From the NCBI GenBank assembly GCA_963740355.1, contig CAVUDW010000003.1, positions 1,632,001-1,696,000 on the forward strand: a DNA stretch of 64,000 nucleotides. Direction: 5' to 3'. The notes under the pieces are model-generated. The model worked only from the letters and a program-made list of their open reading frames with translations. It made no database searches and was not told where the DNA came from. Origin of the DNA: an uncultured Gemmatimonadaceae bacterium. GTDB taxonomy: Bacteria; Gemmatimonadota; Gemmatimonadetes; Gemmatimonadales; Gemmatimonadaceae. Below are positions 38,169-46,387 of the stretch, one piece after another. The translations under genes were made by a program, and so were the position numbers. Position 1 is the stretch's first letter. Every line of letters begins with the position of its first letter.

Positions 38169-40980
38169 AACCGATTCCGAGGCTGACGTTGACACCGGGC
38201 CGGAGATAGCCGACCTGCAGTTTCCCATTGTCGCTCTGCTGCGTATACCGGACTTCGTTGTCCGTGAGGTTGCGAGCCGAGAGGGAGACGTTCATCCGCC
38301 CGAAGCGGCGACGCACTTTCGCATCGAGACTGAATCGCCCCTGCTCGACCACATCCGCCACGACGCGCGGAACGACATCCTGCACGACATCGCCATAGCG
38401 GTAGACCCGATCGCTGAAGTAGTTGCCGAGCAGGCTGACTTCCATGCCATCCGGGCGCGAGTAGAGGAAGTTGAGGTTGATCAGCTGATCCGATTGCCCC
38501 TGCAGACGCAGCGTGCGTGTCGAATCGGCGTTGATGGCGACCTTGGCCTCGGATTGCACCATTGTCACGTTCAGTCCAGCCGACACCTGCTTCAGCCACC
38601 CCGGCAGAAAGCTCAGCCCGCGCCGGAACTCGAACTCGGCACCGAGCAGCTGCGCCGTCGGCGCGTTGGCAGGGCGGAAATAGCAGTTGCCGGAATCGGT
38701 GCCCAGAAATTCGACGATCGGATCCGTAAATCGCTTGACGAAGCCGCTCACGCTCATGATTTCGCCGGCACGCGGGTAGCGCTCCCAACGCACGTCGGCG
38801 TTACGAATCGAGGTGCGCTGCAGCGCCGGGTTGCCGATGTTGGAGCAGTCGCCCGCCACCGACTCGTAGGCGTCAGTCGTCACCTCGCGCGGATCCGGGC
38901 GCGCGACGGTTTGATAGGCCGCCAGGCGAAGGTTCTGTCGGTCGCTGAGCTTGATGGTGAGATTCGCCGACGGCAGCAGGTCGCTGTTGCGACGCGTGGT
39001 GGCCGGCGGCAGCGTGTCCTTCCGCAGGTTGTAGATGTCGAGCGACCAGTCCTCGCGACGGACGCCGCCGACCAACCGGATCCACGAGCGGATCGGAACG
39101 TCGAGCATCGCGTAATAGGCGCGAATGTTGTCCTGCGCCTCGTACGGCAGCGTGCGTGCACCGTCGCGGCGCAGGCGCAGCAGCGAACCACCGAGCAGTT
39201 CAGGCGAGAACACCTGCTCGGGCGGCAGCCGGAGCCAGGGCTCGGTCACCGCCACACCATCGAGGTTGGTCGTGAAGAGGTTGCCGTCAAAACTCCTGAA
39301 ACGGTTCTTCAGCAGCGCACCAACCTTCACCAGCGACCCGTCACCCAGCAGGCGCGCGATCGGCGTGCTCCAATCGACCTGCCCGGTCCGCACTTCATCC
39401 CGCAGGTACCGCACCCAGAAGGTGCTGCCAGGCACGTTCGGGAACATCTGGAATGTCGAGTCAGTGGACGAGCGTTGATAGGACAGCGAGCGGTTTTCCG
39501 GCTCATCGCGCTTTGCGACCGCCATCGTCGCCTTCCATTCGAGGCGCGAGTCGAGCAGCCGGCTGATCAGGTGGTCGCCGCTGACCTGCGATTGCAGCAA
39601 GGTGCGCGTGATATAGCGCACCTGGTAGACGCGCTTCTCGGCGTCGGAGCCATTGGCGGGCGAGAAACCGGACGCGGTGGAAACCAGCTCTTCGGCATTC
39701 CGCGTGTAGAGATTCTTCCACCCGACCTTGTTCGAGCCACCCAGTCGCACTGCGAAGTTCGCGATGCCGCCGAGGTCCACCTGTGTGTTAGCCTGCGATA
39801 CCGTGGAGGTATTCTCGGCCAGGCCCTCAGGCAGGAACACATTCTGAAAGAAGCGATTCGGAGTCGCGTCGGTCTGGCGATTGTAGTTGGCTGAGATCAC
39901 GTAGCCGAACGGCGCGTTGTCGCCACCCAAGCGACCACCGAAATTCGCCGTGCCGCCGAAATTAGGCACGATCGGTGTGGGCTTGGGTGTCCACACGTTT
40001 CGCAGCCCTTCCGCGAACAGTTCGTTGGCACTGGTCGCATCGCCCTGCGATGGCAGCGGTGACGGCGGCTGGCGCCGTCCTCCAGCGTCAAAGCCCAGGT
40101 AGTCGATGCCGCGCTGCGGCAGGTGCGCAATCCGCTGGAACGTCGAGGCCGAGTTGTACCCCGAGGTGAAGCTCACATCGGCAACGGCGGTGTTCGGAAA
40201 CTCCTTCGTGGACACCTCAACCGAACCGCCGGCAAAATCGCCTGGCTTGTCTGGCGTGGCTGTCTTGCTCACGACGATCGACTCGAGCAACGACGACGGG
40301 AAGATGTCGAGCGGGACGATCTTCTTCTGCGGCTCAGGGCTCGGCAGTTCGACACCATTGAGCAGCGTGTTGCTGTACCGCTCCGAGAGTCCACGCACGA
40401 CAGCGAATCGGCTGTCCACGATCGACACACCGGTGACGCGGACGATTGCATCGCCGGCATTCGTGCCCGGCGCGCGCTTGATCGCTTCCGCGCTGATCCC
40501 GTCGGACACCCGTGACGCCGATTTCTGCATCGCAAGCAGCGCATCCTCGGAGTTCGCCTTCGTCGGCGCCGCCGTGACTGCAACCGCCTGCAGCTGCACG
40601 ACCGCATTGCCGAGCGCGAAGTTCACCGTGCTGCTCTGGCCTGCGACGATGCGCACGTCGTCCTGTTGTGACGCCGTGTTCCCCAGCCTGAAGGCGCGCA
40701 CCGCGTACGTGCCGACTGGCACCGGCAGTCGATAGCGACCATCGAGGTCGGTTTGCGTGCGCAGCGCCGTGCCAACGAGGATGATGTTGGTGGCAGCGAG
40801 TGGCCGTCCGGTCGTCTTGTCCACGACCTGGCCATTCAGGTAGCCACGCGCACCCGCGGTCGGCGCTGCAGCAGAAGCGGTGGGCGCCTGCTGCGCGAAC
40901 GCAGGGAGTGAAAACAGAGATGCAGCGATGCTCAGCGCGAGGAACGCGCTGCCGCGGCACGGAAGACGGTAGGACGACAT
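38155..40980 (-). CDS. TonB-dependent outer membrane receptor with N-terminal carboxypeptidase-regulatory-like domain
   Basis: Signal peptide; TDLDGRY N-domain; plug VRGLSERYSNTLLNG..LPS; barrel motifs RPDPRE, GNPAL and ARNLTD; start could be 40980 or 41004. Confidence 0.92.
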   Translation of the reverse strand: MSSYRLPCRGSAFLALSIAASLFSLPAFAQQAPTASAAAPTAGARGYLNGQVVDKTTGRPLAATNIILVGTALRTQTDLDGRYRLPVPVGTYAVRAFRLGNTASQQDDVRIVAGQSSTVNFALGNAVVQLQAVAVTAAPTKANSEDALLAMQKSASRVSDGISAEAIKRAPGTNAGDAIVRVTGVSIVDSRFAVVRGLSERYSNTLLNGVELPSPEPQKKIVPLDIFPSSLLESIVVSKTATPDKPGDFAGGSVEVSTKEFPNTAVADVSFTSGYNSASTFQRIAHLPQRGIDYLGFDAGGRRQPPSPLPSQGDATSANELFAEGLRNVWTPKPTPIVPNFGGTANFGGRLGGDNAPFGYVISANYNRQTDATPNRFFQNVFLPEGLAENTSTVSQANTQVDLGGIANFAVRLGGSNKVGWKNLYTRNAEELVSTASGFSPANGSDAEKRVYQVRYITRTLLQSQVSGDHLISRLLDSRLEWKATMAVAKRDEPENRSLSYQRSSTDSTFQMFPNVPGSTFWVRYLRDEVRTGQVDWSTPIARLLGDGSLVKVGALLKNRFRSFDGNLFTTNLDGVAVTEPWLRLPPEQVFSPELLGGSLLRLRRDGARTLPYEAQDNIRAYYAMLDVPIRSWIRLVGGVRREDWSLDIYNLRKDTLPPATTRRNSDLLPSANLTIKLSDRQNLRLAAYQTVARPDPREVTTDAYESVAGDCSNIGNPALQRTSIRNADVRWERYPRAGEIMSVSGFVKRFTDPIVEFLGTDSGNCYFRPANAPTAQLLGAEFEFRRGLSFLPGWLKQVSAGLNVTMVQSEAKVAINADSTRTLRLQGQSDQLINLNFLYSRPDGMEVSLLGNYFSDRVYRYGDVVQDVVPRVVADVVEQGRFSLDAKVRRRFGRMNVSLSARNLTDNEVRYTQQSDNGKLQVGYLRPGVNVSLGIGYALR

Positions 40981-41153
40981 GTGGCGGTGGGGAGCCGGTG
41001 ACACTCAGCGGCGTCGGCGCCTGCTGCAGGAGGCAGTGCCCGGCGGGGAGTCCACCGGGCAGCCGACGCAGTATCGGTTGGCAACACCTCTTTCTTCCGC
41101 ACGTCGCGTATCGTCCGCGTCACGTGGTCGTATCCCGAACGCCAGCACCGTTG

Positions 41154-41675
41154 CTATTCGGCAGCGTCGGTCGGCGGAGCGTCGGTGGCGCGTCGCCGCG
41201 GGCCATCTGGGTCGACACGCGTCGCACGCCTGCGCTCCAGCGGATCCTCCACTGGTTCTGGCGCTGGTGGCACTCCACGTCGGAAACGCGCGTTTCCGGG
41301 ATACTTTCGCCGCTTCGGTGTGCCGAGTCGCCGTACGACCTCGTCTTCGAAGCGCATGTTCGCGGGACGATCGGGATCCAGCGTCATCATCGACGCCTCG
41401 ATCTCGCGCTGCGCGGGCCGCGGCTCGGTTGCGACACAGTCCGACAGCGGGATGCCGAGATCACGCAGCAGCGACTCCGGCGCCGCCGTAGCCTCGCTTG
41501 CGATGGTCAGTTGTATCGTACTCGGCTCCCACCAGGCGCCGGCCCACTCTTCAACTTCGAGCAGTGACGCAACTGGGGAGACAATGCGGCAGATCCTGTC
41601 ACCCACGATGACAGGGGGAACAACGACGCGCATGAACGTGTGCACCGGCGAAGGGGAGGTCGCCGTCCACACCAT
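41154..41675 (-). CDS. Hypothetical protein
   Basis: Open frame co-oriented with neighbours; Arg-rich C-terminus ERRR...RRRATD; start uncertain. Confidence 0.45.
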   Translation of the reverse strand: MVWTATSPSPVHTFMRVVVPPVIVGDRICRIVSPVASLLEVEEWAGAWWEPSTIQLTIASEATAAPESLLRDLGIPLSDCVATEPRPAQREIEASMMTLDPDRPANMRFEDEVVRRLGTPKRRKYPGNARFRRGVPPAPEPVEDPLERRRATRVDPDGPRRRATDAPPTDAAE

Positions 41676-41845
41676 CGTGGACTTGCCGGTGAACTTGGGT
41701 TCGCACTAGCGACCACAGCATGACCACTCTGTCACGGTCGTGCACCTGTCCGGTAATGTCACGAAGCCACCTCCGACGCTTCCGCAGGCGTTTACGCCAC
41801 CGCCGTCACCAGCGCGAGTGTGGCAGAGTCGCACGCCACAACGCG

Positions 41846-44782
41846 TCAGTCCCGCGCCGCGCGCGCCGCATCAAGCGCTTGCAACGCGCCACGATAGTCC
41901 TTGTCGCGACCATCGACTGCCACCGCCTGCACATACGCTTCTCGCGCCGCCGCAATCTTGCCCTGCTTCTCGAGCACCTGCCCCAGCCGCCACCAGGTCT
42001 GTCCCTTGGGTGGCATGGCCGGCAGGAAGGGCCCCTTCACGTACTCGCGCAGCGCCGCCTCGCCTTCGACGAGGTCGACGCCCAGCACCGCCGCCAGCTC
42101 GCCGCGATGGAAGAGCGCGGCGCGATCCGATGGGGCGAGCGCGATGTAGCGACGCAGCGCGTCACGTGCGACGTCGGATTTCCCGATGTGATACGACAGG
42201 TCGAACAACGCGAACCACGCCGGCGCGCTGTCAGGGTGTGCCGCGACCAGCTGTGTGAAGATCGAATCGGCGACCGCGTTGCGACCGTCAGCGCGTGCGA
42301 AGTGACCACGCATGAGCGCTGCACGATACGGGTGCGTTTGCCCAAGGCGCTGCACGAGGCGGTTGGCTTCGGATCGGTCGCCACCGGCGATCGGCGTCAG
42401 CAGTCGTGTCATCCACGCCAGCGACTCGAGCGCATCCGCTTGGCTCGAGTCACGCCGAAGCGCCACCTTGAAAGCGGCCTGGGCACGACGTGCACTATTG
42501 AAACGGGTAGCGATGCCCGGACGACTCCCACGCTGCAGCTGCGCTTGGCCAATGAGCACTAGCGTGTTGGCCTCACTGTCCGTCCGCGCGGCCAGCACCA
42601 TCAGCGCCGAGTCGGGCTGGCCTCGTGACAGGAAGGCCTGCGCGTCGGTGGAATTCGTCGCGGGTTGCTGTTGCACCATCAGCATCGCTCCCACCGCGAC
42701 CAGCACGCCGACCCGCGCACCAGTGGCGCGCTGGGTGTTCGATCCGGTGCGCCGCAGCGGATAGTCGTTCTCGACTGCCCGCCAGGTGTCACTGATCGAC
42801 ATCGCGATGGCATTGGCCGCTTCCGCATCGGTGGACGACGCAAGCTTGCGTACGCTGGCCCACAGCGCCTCGAGCGTCGCACCCGCGTCGTCTCGACGCG
42901 CCGTCACGAGCAGCATTCTTTCACGTGACCGCATCAACGCATCACGCTGGTTGACGAGCAACGCGACCGCCTCCGGGTCGCCGGATTCCGACTCGTGCAA
43001 CACGATTTCCGCCTCGAGCCGCTCGAGCTGCTCGCGCGGGGCGGCCTTCTCGAGCAGCGCCAGCTCGCGCTCGTGCGCCGTCATCGCATCCAGCAGCCGT
43101 CGCGCCGCGCTCGTCGCATTGTTGCCGCTCTCCGTGACGGACGGCGGCAGTGTGCCTGAGGCGGCGAGGATCTGCGAGACGAATTCCTGTGGCGTTTTCG
43201 GCCGTCGGTCAGCCATCTGCGGTCGGAACAGGCGCTGGATTCGCGGGTCGCGCCAGAAGGCGGAATCGGTGGGCTTGTACGTCAGCCGACGCCGGTCCAT
43301 GTAGCCCAACGCGGCACCTTTCGTGGCACGCCGCACGAGCACCTCGGCGACCAGCGCCGACACGATAAGTGTCAGGAGGAATACGATCATCGCGACCAGT
43401 GGCACCAGCAAGTCCAGTCGCGACACCCACTGCATCGAGAAATACGCATGCGCCGCCGGGATCCGATCCCGAATCGCCAGCCGCCGGGGATCGGTCGCCC
43501 AGGCCATCAGCGGACCCTCGGCCAGCAGCAGGAACGACAGCAGCACCGTGATCAGTCGAGCGCTCTTGAGCGATGCCGGGAGTTGCTCGTACACGTCGCC
43601 CGCGCGCCGCCAGCTCCGCGGCCACCAGAGGAACCACCACTTCGGCGGCAGTGTCACGACGCGTCGGATGGTGCTCCACTCGTAGCCGCGCTTCCGTGCC
43701 TCGTGCATCTGGAAGCCGTACCCGAGGTACAGCAACGGTGGCGTCAGCCAGAGCCAAGTCGGCAGCGAGAGCAGCTGCCCACCACGCAGCGCAGCACTGA
43801 GTGCGAGTGCGATGCTGACGGCAGTGACGAGGAAGAACGTCGCGCCCAGTTGCTGCAGCTCCGCCAATTCGTACGTCAGCGTCTCGTCGTCGTACGCCGA
43901 GCCACCGACTGCGGTGCGGAGACTCCGCCCATCACTGAAGCGCTTCGCTGGGTCCTTCTCCAGGCAACGCATCACGGCGTCGCTCAGGTCCGTTGGCACG
44001 GATGGAGCAACGGACGACAGCGGCGCCGGCGTGGCTGAGATGTGCTGCATCAACAGTTCGCGGAAGCTGCGTCCATCGAAGGGCAGCTTCCCGCTCAACA
44101 TCTGGTAGCCCACCACCCCCACCGAATACAGGTCGCTGCGCCCGTCGATGGACGGTTCCGCGGTGGCCTGCTCCGGCGACATGTAGTGCGGCGTACCCAT
44201 CACCGCACCAACCTGCGTCAGGCTCGTGCCCGCCTGCAGTGTGTCCGCGCGTGCGATGCCAAAGTCCGTCAGCAGTGCTCGGCCACTGGTGTCATCGATG
44301 AGGATGTTGTCCGGCTTGATGTCGCGATGGACGATGCCCTGCTTGTGCGCATGATCGAGTGCCTCGGCCACCTGCGCCAGTAGTGTGCGTGCGGTCTCGA
44401 CGTCGAGCATCGTTTCTCGATCAATGCGCGAGCCAAGTGATTCTCCGCGCACATAGCCCATCACGAACCAGCACAGGCCGCGACGCTCGCCGAAGGCGTA
44501 GAGCGGCACGATGCCGACGTGCTGCAAGCTGGCGACGGTTTTCGCCTCACGCCGGAAGCGTTCCAGCACGCCCGCGTCGGTCGCAGAGCCGGGAGGCAGC
44601 ACCTTGATCGCCACCAGCCGCTCCAGCGCACGGTCACGGGCCAGGTACACCGCGCCCATGCCACCACGGCCAATCAGTCGGACGATCTCGTATTCATCGC
44701 CGACTGCATCCACCAGCGCATCACGCAAAGGGTCGCCCTGCACCTCGTCACTCGGTGCGATGGCTGCGGCACTGGCGTTCAT
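41846..44782 (-). CDS. Hanks-type Ser/Thr protein kinase with TM segments and C-terminal TPR domain
   Basis: GRGGMGAVY, VAIKVL, HRDIKPDN, TDFGIA and GTPHYMSPEQ; TPR-like helices at the C-terminus. Confidence 0.92.
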   Translation of the reverse strand: MNASAAAIAPSDEVQGDPLRDALVDAVGDEYEIVRLIGRGGMGAVYLARDRALERLVAIKVLPPGSATDAGVLERFRREAKTVASLQHVGIVPLYAFGERRGLCWFVMGYVRGESLGSRIDRETMLDVETARTLLAQVAEALDHAHKQGIVHRDIKPDNILIDDTSGRALLTDFGIARADTLQAGTSLTQVGAVMGTPHYMSPEQATAEPSIDGRSDLYSVGVVGYQMLSGKLPFDGRSFRELLMQHISATPAPLSSVAPSVPTDLSDAVMRCLEKDPAKRFSDGRSLRTAVGGSAYDDETLTYELAELQQLGATFFLVTAVSIALALSAALRGGQLLSLPTWLWLTPPLLYLGYGFQMHEARKRGYEWSTIRRVVTLPPKWWFLWWPRSWRRAGDVYEQLPASLKSARLITVLLSFLLLAEGPLMAWATDPRRLAIRDRIPAAHAYFSMQWVSRLDLLVPLVAMIVFLLTLIVSALVAEVLVRRATKGAALGYMDRRRLTYKPTDSAFWRDPRIQRLFRPQMADRRPKTPQEFVSQILAASGTLPPSVTESGNNATSAARRLLDAMTAHERELALLEKAAPREQLERLEAEIVLHESESGDPEAVALLVNQRDALMRSRERMLLVTARRDDAGATLEALWASVRKLASSTDAEAANAIAMSISDTWRAVENDYPLRRTGSNTQRATGARVGVLVAVGAMLMVQQQPATNSTDAQAFLSRGQPDSALMVLAARTDSEANTLVLIGQAQLQRGSRPGIATRFNSARRAQAAFKVALRRDSSQADALESLAWMTRLLTPIAGGDRSEANRLVQRLGQTHPYRAALMRGHFARADGRNAVADSIFTQLVAAHPDSAPAWFALFDLSYHIGKSDVARDALRRYIALAPSDRAALFHRGELAAVLGVDLVEGEAALREYVKGPFLPAMPPKGQTWWRLGQVLEKQGKIAAAREAYVQAVAVDGRDKDYRGALQALDAARAARD

Positions 44783-44918
44783 GTGATCGTCCTCGGTGGT
44801 GTAGCCGGTGGCATCCGTGCACCGGAATTGCGACAACACAAATCAGCTGCGTAGATCAGCAGACCGCAGAGTAACGCCGTCCATCCACGCCGCACAGATC
44901 GGCCCGCACCTCCGGCCG

Positions 44919-45626
44919 ATGCCACTCCGTTCTGCGACGGCCGATGGCAGTAGCTTTCCGCGTGTGACCCATCGCATCTCCCTCGCCGGCATCGACGTCG
45001 AGCTGCTCGCCGACCGCGCGCTCTTCATTCCATCGTTACGAACGCTGGTCGTTGCCGACCTGCATTGGGGCAAGGCGGCCAGCTTCCGTGCGCTGGGTGT
45101 CCCTGTGCCGCACGGCACCACGCGTGCGGGCCTCGATCGGCTCGATGTGCTACTCACGCAGACTGGGGCCGCCGAGCTGCTGATCCTGGGCGACTTGTTT
45201 CACGCGCGGACCAGCATGCCGCCAGGCACCATCGACACACTCGAGCGCTGGCGCCAGGCGCGTCACGACCTCGCGATCACACTGGTGCGCGGCAATCACG
45301 ACTATCGCGCCGGTGATCCGCCGGCGTCGCTCGACATCCGTTGTGTGGACGCGCCGCTGATCGTGGGCCCATTCGCCTTGCATCACCACCCGACCGACGA
45401 TCCGGCGGGATATGTGCTGGCGGGTCACGTCCACCCAGTGGTGCAGCTGCGCGGTCGCGCACGACAACGCCTGACCCTTCCCTGCTTCGCCTTCGGCACT
45501 CGCGGCGGTCTGCTGCCGGCATTCGGTGAATTCACCGGCGGCGGTGTGATCGATCAGCGGGACTATGCACGCACCTTCGTGATTGCCGATGATGCCGTGC
45601 TGCCACTCGAGCCAGTCGCGATCTAG
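44919..45626 (+). CDS. pdeM: Ligase-associated DNA damage response metallophosphoesterase/endonuclease
   Basis: ADLHWGK, LGDLFH, RGNHD, HHP, AGHVHP and LPAFG.FTGG. Confidence 0.9.
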   Translation: MPLRSATADGSSFPRVTHRISLAGIDVELLADRALFIPSLRTLVVADLHWGKAASFRALGVPVPHGTTRAGLDRLDVLLTQTGAAELLILGDLFHARTSMPPGTIDTLERWRQARHDLAITLVRGNHDYRAGDPPASLDIRCVDAPLIVGPFALHHHPTDDPAGYVLAGHVHPVVQLRGRARQRLTLPCFAFGTRGGLLPAFGEFTGGGVIDQRDYARTFVIADDAVLPLEPVAI

Positions 45627-45638
45627 CGAGTCATCCTG

Positions 45639-46343
45639 TCAGGCGCCGTACGTCACACCGGGATAGAGCAGCGCCAGCGACCCGTTGAACAATGGGCTGA
45701 AGATGTAGCCGAAGACCTGCCACGCGAGGAAATAGCCGACGAAGTTCAGCGCCGGCGTGCGCCAGATCAGGTTCTGCCACACGCGGCCTTTCTCTTCGCC
45801 CACCAGCAGCGGAATGGCCGCACTGCCATCCATCGGCGGAAATGGCAGCAGGTTGAACGCGGCCAGCAACAGGTTCATCGAGAACATCGTGCCGAGGAAG
45901 AAGCCGATCGCTTCCATCACCGGCGTGCCGTCGGTGCCGACGATGTGGCCGAAGCTGATGCGGTTTGGTGCGCTGAAGATGCCGGCGAAGTCGCCGCCTC
46001 GGATCGCGATGCCCGAGAGCAGCACCAGCAACAGGTTTGCGCCCGGTCCGGCGAGTGCCATCCAGGCCGAACGCTTCGGATACTTCTGCGCCCACGCCGG
46101 ATCGTACGGCGCGCTGGCGAACCCGATCGGGAATCCCATCGTGAGCGCCGTCAGCAGTGGCAGGATCACCATGCCGAACGGCTCGCGCCGGATGTGCGGC
46201 AACGGATCGAGCGAGACCTGGCCGCCATGATACGCGGTCAGGTCTCCCCCAAGCTTGGCCGCCCACGCATGGGCGGCTTCGTGCAGCGTGGTTGAAAGCA
46301 GGAAGACCACATAAAAGGTCAGTCCTTCACCGATGTTCGTCAT
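45639..46343 (-). CDS. Site-2 protease family (M50)
   Basis: HEAAH, ALAGPGAN and FNLLPFPPMDG. Confidence 0.92.
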   Translation of the reverse strand: MTNIGEGLTFYVVFLLSTTLHEAAHAWAAKLGGDLTAYHGGQVSLDPLPHIRREPFGMVILPLLTALTMGFPIGFASAPYDPAWAQKYPKRSAWMALAGPGANLLLVLLSGIAIRGGDFAGIFSAPNRISFGHIVGTDGTPVMEAIGFFLGTMFSMNLLLAAFNLLPFPPMDGSAAIPLLVGEEKGRVWQNLIWRTPALNFVGYFLAWQVFGYIFSPLFNGSLALLYPGVTYGA

Positions 46344-46387
46344 TCAGCGCGTGTCGAGAGAAATGGGCACGGCTGAATGATACCCCA

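Noticed and set aside
41005..41153. Cobalamin/TPP riboswitch upstream of the TBDR
   Set aside because: Conserved B12-box and THI-box sequences are not found; kept only as an unclassified structure candidate
41730..41762. Pho box (TGTCAC repeats)
   Set aside because: The copies are 27 bp apart rather than 11 bp and are oriented opposite to the downstream genes
25614..44850. Integrative mobile element
   Set aside because: No integrase, transposase, tRNA target or direct repeats are visible
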